This document shows, in pieces, positions 39,083-48,103 of a DNA stretch of 64,000 nt (positions are counted from its first letter, which is position 1; every line of letters starts with the position of its first letter). Source of the stretch: a virus; the IMG/VR virus record IMGVR_UViG_3300034190_002630; one strand, 5' to 3'. The notes beneath the pieces are model-generated. The model saw nothing but the letters and a program-made list of their open reading frames with translations, did not search any database and was not told the origin of the DNA. The translations under genes were made by a program, and so were the position numbers.

Positions 39083-39166
39083 ATGATTAACGAAACTTTA
39101 ACAGTATTTGTACATATCGGAATGATAGGTTTTACATTATATTTTATAAAAGAGTTATTTTCCTAA
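39083..39166 (+). CDS. 27-aa hydrophobic peptide (not in ORF track)
   Basis: AGGAGGT RBS; MINETLTVFVHIGMIGFTLYFIKELFS. Confidence 0.6.
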   Translation: MINETLTVFVHIGMIGFTLYFIKELFS

Positions 39167-39176
39167 TGAACAGTTT

Positions 39177-39294
39177 GACACTTGCGACCTCTCAACCTCA
39201 TCATCACAATAGCAAGTGTCGTGGTCACTATAAATATATGATGAGACAATGTGAATGTGACCCAAAGGGGGTTAACAGTTTTTGTTTAACCCCC
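39177..39294 (+). ncRNA. candidate structured RNA (three stems, loop-loop pairing)
   Basis: Stems 39177-85/39212-20, 39223-28/39257-62, 39267-75/39286-94; loops complementary over 8 nt. Confidence 0.5.
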
Positions 39295-39315
39295 AACGCA
39301 AATAGGAGAGGTAAG

Positions 39316-39768
39316 ATGAATACTGTAGATGTAGAGGGTGGCACTAAAAAACAAAGACGACTTGTTGAGAATTTAGTTAATTGGTGTTATAATAGATTGA
39401 CACCAAGACACAGAACTATTCATGTTAATGTAGAATTGACTACAGATATCCCTATCGATGGTGAGTGTTCTAGGGGTGGAGAGAGAAACGAGTTTGATAT
39501 TATAGTTTATAAGAAACTAAAAGATGATGATTTTATTACAACAATACTACACGAGATGGTACATGTTATGCAGTATGCAACAGGTAAGATGAAAGATTTA
39601 AATAACGAAGGTTCCACAGTTTATTGGCGAGGATACAATTATTCTAATTATGAGTATCGAAGACAACCGTGGGAAAGACAAGCATATCGATATCAAGAAA
39701 TATTATTAAGAGAGTGGAAAAAATATGTGGGAAGCAATAAATGTTGCCGTTGTGTGTCTAGCACTTAA
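39316..39768 (+). CDS. zincin-like metallopeptidase
   Basis: TILHEMVHVMQY, YRRQPWERQAY; AGGAGAGG RBS before 39316. Confidence 0.85.
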   Translation: MNTVDVEGGTKKQRRLVENLVNWCYNRLTPRHRTIHVNVELTTDIPIDGECSRGGERNEFDIIVYKKLKDDDFITTILHEMVHVMQYATGKMKDLNNEGSTVYWRGYNYSNYEYRRQPWERQAYRYQEILLREWKKYVGSNKCCRCVSST

Positions 39769-40189
39769 CGTCTATCACGAGGCAAAAAATCAAGATATAG
39801 ACGGCATGTATGCCGTTGCAGATGTGGTCATGAATAGAGTTGAGGACCACAGATACCCTAACACTGTATGTGGTGTTGTCAAACAAGGCCCAACTAGAGA
39901 GTCTTGGAAGACTAGAGAAACACCTGATCCGAATGATGCAGTATATTACCCAATAAAACATAGATGTCAATTTTCGTGGTATTGTGACGGAAAAGATGAT
40001 ACACCATATAATCCACAGGCATGGCGTATCGCAGAATCAATCGCAGAAACCACACTAAAATATGGAAGTTTAGTTAATACAATGGGTGCGACACATTATC
40101 ATGCAGATTATGTACAACCATCATGGGCAGAAACTAAAACAAAAACAATGAAAGTTGGAAGACATATATTTTATAGGTGGGAAAAATGA
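39725..40189 (+). CDS. SleB-like cell wall hydrolase
   Basis: CLALNVYHEA, VMNRV..YPNTVCGVV, CQFSWYCDG, GATHYHADYV.P.W. Confidence 0.9.
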   Translation: MWEAINVAVVCLALNVYHEAKNQDIDGMYAVADVVMNRVEDHRYPNTVCGVVKQGPTRESWKTRETPDPNDAVYYPIKHRCQFSWYCDGKDDTPYNPQAWRIAESIAETTLKYGSLVNTMGATHYHADYVQPSWAETKTKTMKVGRHIFYRWEK

Positions 40190-40404
40190 CAGAATTTACG
40201 TCTGGTATATTCAATATTATAAAAAAATCAAGTCTAATTTTGGCCTTGATTTATACAATTGGTCATGTTATAATAGCAATGACTGTTGTATCTGTATTGA
40301 CGGGTGCGAGTCTGTGGGAGGCAGGTGCAGTTGCATTAATAGAACCTATAATAAACGGATGTTGGTTTTATATATTACATAAATTAGTATTTAAAAATGA
40401 TTAA
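40177..40404 (+). CDS. DUF2061-like membrane protein
   Basis: IYTIGH...ALIEPIINGCWFYILH. Confidence 0.7.
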   Translation: MGKMTEFTSGIFNIIKKSSLILALIYTIGHVIIAMTVVSVLTGASLWEAGAVALIEPIINGCWFYILHKLVFKND

Positions 40405-40735
40405 ACAATATTCAGTATTTCAAAGAAAGAAAGTAAATAAGTTACCATTGACACCTTCATTGCAAAAAGCAAGAGAAGAACACGAAAGATATTTAGAGTC
40501 AATAGGTTATAAAAAAACACCTAGATCAGAATTTACTGCATTCAATGATATTAATACAATATTTAATTCTACAAGAAAAATACAAAAGATTTCTAATCCT
40601 AAACCTTTAACACATATGGGAAACGGTGCTCCAAAAAGAAAATCAGTCAAACATAGTTTTACAGTGGCACCTGCATATAATAAAGGTGCATATCAAGTTA
40701 TACATGAGAATGATATTAAAGATATAGGTAAATGA
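40397..40735 (+). CDS. conserved phage hypothetical protein
   Basis: TVAPAYNKGAYQVI C-terminal motif. Confidence 0.75.
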   Translation: MIKQYSVFQRKKVNKLPLTPSLQKAREEHERYLESIGYKKTPRSEFTAFNDINTIFNSTRKIQKISNPKPLTHMGNGAPKRKSVKHSFTVAPAYNKGAYQVIHENDIKDIGK

Positions 40736-41193
40736 TAGAATTTGATTATAATCTAGATTACAAAAATATATTATTTGAACCTAATGATAAAAGGTATAGA
40801 ATAGGTAGAGGCGAACAAGGTGTATTATTAGTTCGACCATATACAAATGACATATGCCAACATTGGAAATTTAGAACACCAAGAATCGCAGAGATGAGTG
40901 CAAAAAAAATATATGGCATGTATGAACAATATAAAAAAGATGATGATTTTGTTGGTATGGATATGTGTAGAAAGTTTTTAGAAATGGGATTTACCCGTGC
41001 AAGACGATATGCAAACCATAAGAGTGGTAGGAAATATAATCGTGACGGAACTATTAAACCACAGGCAAAAGACGCTCTAACAAGTAAAAAAGCGGTATCA
41101 GCGAGGATATTTAAGGAGTTCAGAGATAGATTGACAACTGATCCAAAATATGTTACGATGAGAAAAGAGTGGCGAGATAATGAACATATTTGA
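40732..41193 (+). CDS. DUF4385-like protein
   Basis: YRIGRGEQGVLLVRPY, DFVGMDMCRKFLEMGFTRARRYANH. Confidence 0.85.
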   Translation: MIEFDYNLDYKNILFEPNDKRYRIGRGEQGVLLVRPYTNDICQHWKFRTPRIAEMSAKKIYGMYEQYKKDDDFVGMDMCRKFLEMGFTRARRYANHKSGRKYNRDGTIKPQAKDALTSKKAVSARIFKEFRDRLTTDPKYVTMRKEWRDNEHI

Positions 41194-41725
41194 ATTACAT
41201 GAAAATCCAATAGAGTGTGCTAAGATGCATTGCGACAAACATATTGTCAAAATGCCTATTGAGTATGCTCAACTATTATCTACGGCACACAGAGTTTTAG
41301 ACGGTGAAGAATATATTGGATCTACAAAGACAGGTCGTAAGGCAAAAAGATATAGACTGTTTGATGATAGGGAAAAAAATTTATACATGGCATCTCATAT
41401 CAAACACCCAGATGGTATTTGGGTAAGACAGTCATCAGGTAATTATTATAAATTATTTTTTCTTTATATGGCAGTTTTAAAAGAGTTTACACATAGATAT
41501 GGAAAACAACATGGTGCATCAAGACCATCATTTTGGTTACAAAAGTCACCAAACAATATTACAAAAGGAATTGTAACTGAATTACCACAATGTATGCCAG
41601 ATGATTGTAAAACAGATAATGTAATTGACGCATATCATAATTACTATATACACTATAAAAAAGATTTTGCTACATGGAAAAATCGTAATACACCAGAATG
41701 GTATTCAAATGGACTTAAAAACTAG
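41180..41725 (+). CDS. pyrimidine-dimer glycosylase (DenV)-related protein
   Basis: MNIF...CDKHIVKMPIEYAQLLSTAHR, HP..IW, PQCMP. Confidence 0.75.
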   Translation: MNIFELHENPIECAKMHCDKHIVKMPIEYAQLLSTAHRVLDGEEYIGSTKTGRKAKRYRLFDDREKNLYMASHIKHPDGIWVRQSSGNYYKLFFLYMAVLKEFTHRYGKQHGASRPSFWLQKSPNNITKGIVTELPQCMPDDCKTDNVIDAYHNYYIHYKKDFATWKNRNTPEWYSNGLKN

Positions 41726-41933
41726 ACTAATAGAAGTAATAAAAAAAAGCACAGGTGAAGAAATAAAAATGAATTCACATTTTATTGATAATTTAGGATT
41801 TGATAGTTTAACAGTGGTGGAGATGGTTATGAATATGGAAGATGAATTTAATATTGAAATAACTGATGATGAAGTATCTAAATTATCTACAGTACAAACT
41901 GCATATGATTTACTAGAAAAGAAAAATATTTAA
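41709..41933 (+). CDS. acpP: acyl carrier protein
   Basis: LGFDSL (phosphopantetheine Ser), VEMVMNMEDEFNIEITD. Confidence 0.85.
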   Translation: MDLKTRLIEVIKKSTGEEIKMNSHFIDNLGFDSLTVVEMVMNMEDEFNIEITDDEVSKLSTVQTAYDLLEKKNI

Positions 41934-42232
41934 TGCCCACATATATTCTTAGAAATAAAGACACTGATGAACAACATGAAGAGTTTTGTACGTGGACTGA
42001 ACTACAAGATTTATTATCGAAAAATCCTAAATATGAACAGATGCCAACGGCAGCTGCTTTGGTAGGTGATCATCTTATGGGAGTAGGTCCAAAGATAGAT
42101 AATGGATTTAAAGATAATTTGACAAGGATCGCAGATGCTCACCCAGACTCTGCTCTTGCCGAAAGATATGGCACAAAAGATCATAAGAGAATTAAGACAA
42201 AACAAGTCTTAAAAAAACATGGGTTAATGTAG
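41933..42232 (+). CDS. FmdB-like small protein
   Basis: MPTY N-terminus; RIADAHP.S; homologue at 61802-62122. Confidence 0.7.
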   Translation: MPTYILRNKDTDEQHEEFCTWTELQDLLSKNPKYEQMPTAAALVGDHLMGVGPKIDNGFKDNLTRIADAHPDSALAERYGTKDHKRIKTKQVLKKHGLM

Positions 42233-42240
42233 GAGATACT

Positions 42241-42513
42241 ATGAGAGATAAAATAATACAGGCAATGAAAGATCATGCCATTGGTCACATAAAAAAACAT
42301 AAGATGAATGTTGACATATACCTTGATAAGGCAGTTGGTGTTGGTGGAGAAGCACACCCAGATGTATTAGAAACTATTGAGAAAGAGTTAAACATAGTTG
42401 CAATGTATGATGATCAATTAGAAATGTTAAATAAATATTTTAAAGACGAAGAAGCAAAAACTCTTAATGAAGTAGTTCAAGATAAAATAAAGAATGATGA
42501 CGGTGGATGGTAG
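42241..42513 (+). CDS. conserved hypothetical protein
   Basis: HAIGHIKKHKMNV...VGVG..HPD; homologue at 62124-62345. Confidence 0.8.
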   Translation: MRDKIIQAMKDHAIGHIKKHKMNVDIYLDKAVGVGGEAHPDVLETIEKELNIVAMYDDQLEMLNKYFKDEEAKTLNEVVQDKIKNDDGGW

Positions 42514-42689
42514 AGGAAAATAAAATAGAAAAGTCTTTTGACGAATATTGGGCAGAGGAAGAAAAACTTATGAAGATGAGTTATGGAATGTCTAAACAAT
42601 GGAGAGAGATGAGACTTAATAAGTCACCTGCAAAAGAACTTGTAGATAGATGCGAAGGTAGAGGCGAAAATGGCGAAGAAGAACAATGA
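42507..42689 (+). CDS. hypothetical protein
   Basis: 60-aa ORF filling gap. Confidence 0.55.
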   Translation: MVEENKIEKSFDEYWAEEEKLMKMSYGMSKQWREMRLNKSPAKELVDRCEGRGENGEEEQ

Positions 42690-43389
42690 TTTAAATTTAA
42701 AAGATATGTTATCACTAAAACCAATTGGTGATAATCAAAAGGTTGTTTTTGATACTTGGGAAAAAGGTAAGAATCAATTTGTTTTCGGTGCTGCCGGAAC
42801 AGGTAAAACATTTATACTTTTATACAAAGCATTACAAGATGTATTGAATCCTAATACAGAATATGATAGAGTAATAATAGTTAGATCACTTATTCCTACT
42901 AGAGAGATCGGTTTTTTACCTGGTGATGAAGAAGATAAGTCAGCATTGTATCAAATTAATTATATGAACATGGTTCGTTTTATGTTTCAACAACCAAATG
43001 AACAAGCATTCCTAATGTTATTTGATAGACTAAAACAACAAGGAACATTGCATTTTATGTCAACATCTTTTTTACGAGGTTTAACATTTGATAATTCTAT
43101 AATAATTGTAGATGAGTGTCAGAATCTAAACTTTCATGAATTAGATACAATCATTACAAGAGTTGGACAAAATTCAAAGATATCATTTGCCGGTGATTTC
43201 TTTCAAACAGATTTAACAAGATCAGCAGAGAAAAATGGATTACAAGATTTTGTTAGAATATTAGATAACATGCCTTCTTTTAATGTTACAGAATTTAACA
43301 TTGGTGATATTGTAAGAAGTGGATTTGTAAAAGAATATTTAATAGAAAAAACAAAGTTAGGTTTTGGAGTCGATAATGAGCAATTTTAA
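42670..43389 (+). CDS. phoH: PhoH-family ATPase
   Basis: GAAGTGKT, IGFLPG, FLRGLTF, IIVDECQN, TRVG, GD..Q.D, IVRS. Confidence 0.93.
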   Translation: MAKKNNDLNLKDMLSLKPIGDNQKVVFDTWEKGKNQFVFGAAGTGKTFILLYKALQDVLNPNTEYDRVIIVRSLIPTREIGFLPGDEEDKSALYQINYMNMVRFMFQQPNEQAFLMLFDRLKQQGTLHFMSTSFLRGLTFDNSIIIVDECQNLNFHELDTIITRVGQNSKISFAGDFFQTDLTRSAEKNGLQDFVRILDNMPSFNVTEFNIGDIVRSGFVKEYLIEKTKLGFGVDNEQF

Positions 43390-43897
43390 TAAATGTTTAG
43401 AAATAGTATTACATCATGAGGGTGGATATGTAAATCATCCAAAAGACCCAGGTGGAATGACAAACATGGGTGTTACAAAAAGAGTTTACGAAGAATGGGT
43501 TGGTTATTCAGTATCAGAAAACACAATGCAAAATTTAAAAGAAGAAGACGTTGCACCAATCTATAAAAAGAATTATTGGGATCGTATTAAAGGAGACCAA
43601 TTACCTAATGGTTTAGATTTAGTGGTATTTGACTTTGGTGTTAATGCAGGTACAGGTAGAGCTGCAAAGTTTTTACAGGCGATGATAGGAACTGTTGCCG
43701 ATGGTGGTATAGGTCCTAATACACTTGCAAAATTAGATGAATTCATATATAACAATACACTTACAGAAACAATTAGATTGTATCAAGATGAAAGACAAGA
43801 TTATTATGAATCACTTAGTACATTCAATACTTTTGGTAAGGGTTGGACGAGAAGAGTAAACGAAACAACAGAGTTTGCATTGGAGATGGCAGAATGA
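43376..43897 (+). CDS. GH108 endolysin with peptidoglycan-binding domain
   Basis: HHEGGYVNHPKDPGG.TN.GVT, FDFGVNAG, DGGIGPNT, FGKGWTRR. Confidence 0.9.
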   Translation: MSNFNKCLEIVLHHEGGYVNHPKDPGGMTNMGVTKRVYEEWVGYSVSENTMQNLKEEDVAPIYKKNYWDRIKGDQLPNGLDLVVFDFGVNAGTGRAAKFLQAMIGTVADGGIGPNTLAKLDEFIYNNTLTETIRLYQDERQDYYESLSTFNTFGKGWTRRVNETTEFALEMAE

Positions 43898-43986
43898 TAT
43901 GTCAAAATTGTGACCATGCGTGTCACTGCACAAACGGGGGTTCATGCACATCATGTGAATGTGTAAATTGTGAATGTAGTTCTTAA
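43894..43986 (+). CDS. 30-aa Cys-rich metallothionein-like peptide (not in ORF track)
   Basis: MICQNCDHACHCTNGGSCTSCECVNCECSS: 9 Cys, 2 His; ATGA overlap, GGAG upstream. Confidence 0.7.
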   Translation: MICQNCDHACHCTNGGSCTSCECVNCECSS

Positions 43987-44011
43987 CAGTAAATACTAAT
44001 TTACTTATATT

Positions 44012-44716
44012 ATGATAAAAGATAAAATTTATCCGAAAACACGTGACTTTCCCATGTCTTATAATGAAGACATTACTTTATCTATAGAGACGATTAAAAT
44101 AATTGGTGCAACATCATTATGGGATGTTGGATGTGGAAATGCCGCTTGGTCTATTTGGATTAATAGATATTTAAGTGGTATCATCAAATTTTACTTGTTA
44201 GATAATTTTGAATATGTTAATGAATTGAATTTTGAAACGATGCCATACTGGTGGCCTAAAAATAAAACAGAACTTATAGAACATTTAGATAATAGTAAAA
44301 TAGATTATGAGTTTTATGAAACCGATATAAAAAATTTACCCAACAAAAAAGTAGATTATATAAGATTAGACACTGATTCTGAAACACAAGAAACTATCGC
44401 ATGGTGTTTAAATAATTTATCAGAAAACGGCATTATTCAATGTTGTGATATCAAAATAAACAAATCATTTGACAAAATAATGTTAATGACAGAGCAAGTT
44501 GTTAAAGGTAATTTAGAACTTGTTTGGTTAGGAACAGCAGAGGGAGTATGGTGTAGACCAGGCAATGGTGAAAAAATTAGAAAAAAATTATTAAGTAATA
44601 AAAAATTAAAAGAATATTTTGCATATTTTAATAATCGTAAATATGAACTAATGGGAAAAACTCATGAATATCTTCGTGCAAAATTAAAAAGGAAGGATGG
44701 TTTAAAATATGTTTAA
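44012..44716 (+). CDS. putative class I methyltransferase
   Basis: WDVGCGNA motif I, LLDNF, VDYIRLD, LSENG. Confidence 0.6.
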   Translation: MIKDKIYPKTRDFPMSYNEDITLSIETIKIIGATSLWDVGCGNAAWSIWINRYLSGIIKFYLLDNFEYVNELNFETMPYWWPKNKTELIEHLDNSKIDYEFYETDIKNLPNKKVDYIRLDTDSETQETIAWCLNNLSENGIIQCCDIKINKSFDKIMLMTEQVVKGNLELVWLGTAEGVWCRPGNGEKIRKKLLSNKKLKEYFAYFNNRKYELMGKTHEYLRAKLKRKDGLKYV

Positions 44717-45383
44717 TCATGTATCAGTAAATGAATTACCAAAATTAAAAACAGAAAATATAGATAAAAAAAGATACTATATCACACCAGACGGAAACAA
44801 GTATCCGTCAATCACTACAGTTTTATCATCTAGAAATAAAAAAGGATTATTTGAGTGGCGTAAAAAAGTTGGTGAGGATGTTGCAAACTATGTGGCAAGG
44901 ACTGCCGCAAATCGTGGAACAAAAGTGCATCATATGTGTGAAGATTTTTTAAACAACAAAGAAGTTAAAACCGAACCATTTTTTGCAGCCTGTTTGTTTA
45001 ATCAACTAAAACCTAAAATGATTGAAAAAATAAACAATATACACTATCAAGAATGTGCGTTGTACTCTGATAAGTTAGGTATTGCAGGTCGTGTAGATTG
45101 CATCGCTGAGTATGATGGTAAACTATCAATAATAGATTTCAAAACATCATCAAAAGAAAGAAATGATAAATGGAATGAGAACTATTATATTCAAGCATCA
45201 GCATATGCTGAGATGTATGAAGAAAGAACAGGTACACCTATAAGTCAAATAGTTATACTTGTAGTCACTGAAGACGGTACAGTTCAAGAGTTTGTAAGAG
45301 AAAAAACTGAGGAATATTTAGATATGTTATCATCTGCTTTACAAGATTTTAACAAAACAAGTTTAAGTTATATTAGTGATTAA
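44709..45383 (+). CDS. PD-(D/E)xK exonuclease
   Basis: YPSITTVL, RGTKVH, AGRVDCIAEYDGKLSIIDFKT, Q..AY. Confidence 0.9.
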   Translation: MFNHVSVNELPKLKTENIDKKRYYITPDGNKYPSITTVLSSRNKKGLFEWRKKVGEDVANYVARTAANRGTKVHHMCEDFLNNKEVKTEPFFAACLFNQLKPKMIEKINNIHYQECALYSDKLGIAGRVDCIAEYDGKLSIIDFKTSSKERNDKWNENYYIQASAYAEMYEERTGTPISQIVILVVTEDGTVQEFVREKTEEYLDMLSSALQDFNKTSLSYISD

Positions 45384-46854
45384 TAATATGAAAATCTTTA
45401 GTGCTGCATTCAATAAACATGATCATAATACATATGACGGAGTTTGGCACAATCAATTAGAAAGACACACTAGATTAAAACATAATATACCACATCATAA
45501 AGATTCTATAAAAATGAATCGAAATGATAATTCTGCCGGTAAACAATTTTACAAAGATTATTGGAATCCACAATCACATGAAATATTTGCATTTACAACC
45601 ACAGTAGGTGGATTTAATCATATTGAATCATTGCAAGAACAAAAAAATTTTATGGATTGGGAACCTGATTGTTTGTGGGATTATAAAAAAGAGGGAAACT
45701 TATATTATATTGATCATCATCAATCTCATGCGGCGTATGCTTTTTTGAGTTCTGGGTTTCAAGAATCTGATATATTAGCGATTGATGGTAGAGGATACAA
45801 ATACAATACTGTTTTTTTCAATAACAATGGTAAACTTAATAATTTAAATTTGTATGTCGGTACGGCATGGGATTGGTTTTCAAAAAAAATAGGATTTGGC
45901 GTTTATGGTGAAAGTAAAGTTATGGGTTTAGCAGCTTATGGAAAATACAATATTGAACTTCATATGTTGTTAGATAATTTTTGGCACACAAATGAACTAG
46001 AACCATATGAAAAATTTGAAGATATTATAAAAAATGTTAGTCATCAAGATATTGCTTATACGTTACAGTATGCAACTGAAGAGATAATATTTGAAACTAT
46101 AATTAAATATAAAACATCAGATAATTTATGTATTACAGGTGGTGTTGCATACAATGGATATGTGAATGAAAAGTTAACAGAGATATACAAAAATGTTTTT
46201 GTACCTCCAGCACCCGGTGATGAAGGACAATCTTTAGGCACTTACATGCATTGTGATTACACTATCAATAATAATAAACATGTACCAAACGTTTACGCAG
46301 GTAAAAAATATAATTATGTTGGCAAAGAAAAAGTAAACTTAAAAGAAGTTGCAAAATGTATTGCTGACGGAAAAATTGTTGGTTGGTTTCAAGGTAAATC
46401 TGAAAGTGGTAATCGTGCATTAGGTAATAGAAGTATATTGGCAGATCCTAGAAACCCACATATAAAAAATATAATTAATCTGACTATAAAAAAAAGAGAG
46501 GACTTTAGACCATTTGCACCATCAGTTATGATTGAACACTATAAAGATTACTTTGATACAAATCAATCATCGCCATACATGTCACGAATTGTGAAAGTCA
46601 AATCAGATAAAATACCAGGTGTTACACACGTTGACAATACATCAAGAATACAAACTGTAGATTCAAAAGACAACCCAAGATTTTATGAACTTATTCAATG
46701 GTTTCATGTAATCACAGGTATACCTATGCTTCTTAACACAAGTTTTAATTGTCAAGAACCGATTGTTGAAACACCTGAGGATGCAATCAATACTTTTAAA
46801 AATACTAATCTTGATATATTAGTGATTGATGATTATATCATAAGAAAGAGTTGA
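45376..46854 (+). CDS. carbamoyltransferase (NodU/CmcH/TobZ family)
   Basis: HHQSHA, IDGRG, KVMGLAAYG, GGVAYN, GNRALGNRSILADP, REDFRPFAP, LNTSFN. Confidence 0.92.
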   Translation: MINNMKIFSAAFNKHDHNTYDGVWHNQLERHTRLKHNIPHHKDSIKMNRNDNSAGKQFYKDYWNPQSHEIFAFTTTVGGFNHIESLQEQKNFMDWEPDCLWDYKKEGNLYYIDHHQSHAAYAFLSSGFQESDILAIDGRGYKYNTVFFNNNGKLNNLNLYVGTAWDWFSKKIGFGVYGESKVMGLAAYGKYNIELHMLLDNFWHTNELEPYEKFEDIIKNVSHQDIAYTLQYATEEIIFETIIKYKTSDNLCITGGVAYNGYVNEKLTEIYKNVFVPPAPGDEGQSLGTYMHCDYTINNNKHVPNVYAGKKYNYVGKEKVNLKEVAKCIADGKIVGWFQGKSESGNRALGNRSILADPRNPHIKNIINLTIKKREDFRPFAPSVMIEHYKDYFDTNQSSPYMSRIVKVKSDKIPGVTHVDNTSRIQTVDSKDNPRFYELIQWFHVITGIPMLLNTSFNCQEPIVETPEDAINTFKNTNLDILVIDDYIIRKS

Positions 46855-46881
46855 CAACTTAAATAAAATGTGATATAAATA
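46851..46881 (+). promoter_or_regulatory. overlapping sigma70-like and late promoter of tmRNA
   Basis: TTGACA at 46851 with TATAAATA starting 17 nt later (46874-46881). Confidence 0.65.
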
Positions 46882-46885
46882 TACT

Positions 46886-47105
46886 GAAGTCGTTGACGTT
46901 TTGTAAAACGCTATAGAGGACGTGGGGGCAGTACCCACCACCTCCACCAAGATAAACCTCGACTGAGGGGGTGAAATAGGGTTGACTTATAGTAAGTATC
47001 CTAACTGAGATTTCATTTTTAAATGCAGACCAATATGAGTATGCAATGGCTGCCTAATTAGGTAGTCGGGGTTTGATCGGTGTACCTGGCAACAGAAACA
47101 CCGAC
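46886..47105 (+). ncRNA. ssrA: circularly permuted (two-piece) tmRNA, tag ADQYEYAMAA
   Basis: T arm + CACCTCC-A-CCA ends 46949; GGGGGTG starts 46967 (7-bp acceptor stem with G3:U); tag ORF 47025-47057; GGCAACAGAA 3' motif; ends approximate. Confidence 0.9.
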
Positions 47106-47171
47106 TGTTCACGGGTTGTGCCGTAATACACACGATAGGGATCACGGTCAATCCCTTATAAGGAGTATATC

Positions 47172-47300
47172 ATGGACGGAATGACAATTGTTTTCTTTTC
47201 ATTGTGTGGTTTTGTTTTACTTTTTGCTATATTAGTTAATCATATAAGTAAACTAGAAGATGAAGTAAAAGCACTTAAAAAGAAAAAAACTAAAAAATAA
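47172..47300 (+). CDS. 42-aa single-TM protein (not in ORF track)
   Basis: AAGGAG RBS; TM plus basic tail. Confidence 0.65.
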   Translation: MDGMTIVFFSLCGFVLLFAILVNHISKLEDEVKALKKKKTKK

Positions 47301-47303
47301 TTA

Positions 47304-47537
47304 ATGGATATATTCAAAAAGACACCAAAAATTTTTTCATTAGAGATAGAAAAATTAGCATCTGAGAAGAGACTAACACATCTAGACGCAGTATTATATT
47401 ATTGTGATAAAAATCAAGTTGAAGTTGAGAGTGTTAGTAAACTAATCACGAAAGCTTTGAAAGATAAAATTGAGGCAAATGCTCGAGAACTTAAACTACT
47501 TAACGATGATGTAGGAGTTGGCAAGTTGCCTCTTTAA
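47304..47537 (+). CDS. 33: late transcription coactivator gp33
   Basis: FSLEIE, DAVLYYC, LITKALKDKIEANA, KLPL; upstream of gp59. Confidence 0.85.
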   Translation: MDIFKKTPKIFSLEIEKLASEKRLTHLDAVLYYCDKNQVEVESVSKLITKALKDKIEANARELKLLNDDVGVGKLPL

Positions 47538-48100
47538 TGGATGCGGCAGACGTATTTTTAATGTACTGTGCTATTAAGGCACATTTTAGTAGAGATAATT
47601 ATGACTATCATAAATTTGGCGGTAAAACAAAAACAAAAAGAGATAGTTTTTACAAAAGAAAAGATAGATTCTTTTTTGCACGGTTATCTAGAAAGTACAA
47701 ATCAAAAGAAGAAATAGAGTCATACCTAGTATCAAACTACGTGGCTTGTAAAGGTGGTTGGGTAGGAAAGTTTGATGATGAAGTTTATAAAGAATGGAAA
47801 CGTAAAACACAATCATTATCATATAATTTTGTTAGTGAACTAACACCATATGCAGAGAGATTTGAAGAATTATTTGAGTGGGGCGATACTCACCCCTTAC
47901 TATTAAGAGAGTATCTTGGTAAAAGATTGTCTATGGAAACAATGATCATATTGGACGAATTGACACACTTTCAGAAAAAATGGAAGGATAATGATATGAT
48001 ATGGAAAGATGTAAAAAAACTTATGAATAAGTATAAAAAGTTCTTGACAATAGACAAAAATAAATGTAAAGTAAAGCTAATTAATCTAATAAAGGAATGA
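47537..48100 (+). CDS. 59: helicase loader gp59
   Basis: YCAIKAHF..YDYHKFGGK, FYKRKDRFFF, HPLLL. Confidence 0.88.
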   Translation: MDAADVFLMYCAIKAHFSRDNYDYHKFGGKTKTKRDSFYKRKDRFFFARLSRKYKSKEEIESYLVSNYVACKGGWVGKFDDEVYKEWKRKTQSLSYNFVSELTPYAERFEELFEWGDTHPLLLREYLGKRLSMETMIILDELTHFQKKWKDNDMIWKDVKKLMNKYKKFLTIDKNKCKVKLINLIKE

Positions 48101-48103
48101 ATC

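Noticed and set aside
39166-39315. 50-aa N-terminal extension of the metallopeptidase in the ORF track
   Set aside because: A strong RBS sits before 39316 and the region is better explained as structured RNA; not fully excluded
41625-41708. Extended ACP start
   Set aside because: Overlaps the upstream gene; the ACP fold begins at ATG 41709
44709-45383. Cas4 / CRISPR adaptation gene
   Set aside because: Lacks the four-Cys cluster pattern; ordinary T4-like exonuclease with no array nearby
46916-46949. tRNA-like 3' ends here and at 59610-59642
   Set aside because: No anticodon arm; they are tmRNA acceptor pieces. No true tRNA was recognised in the window
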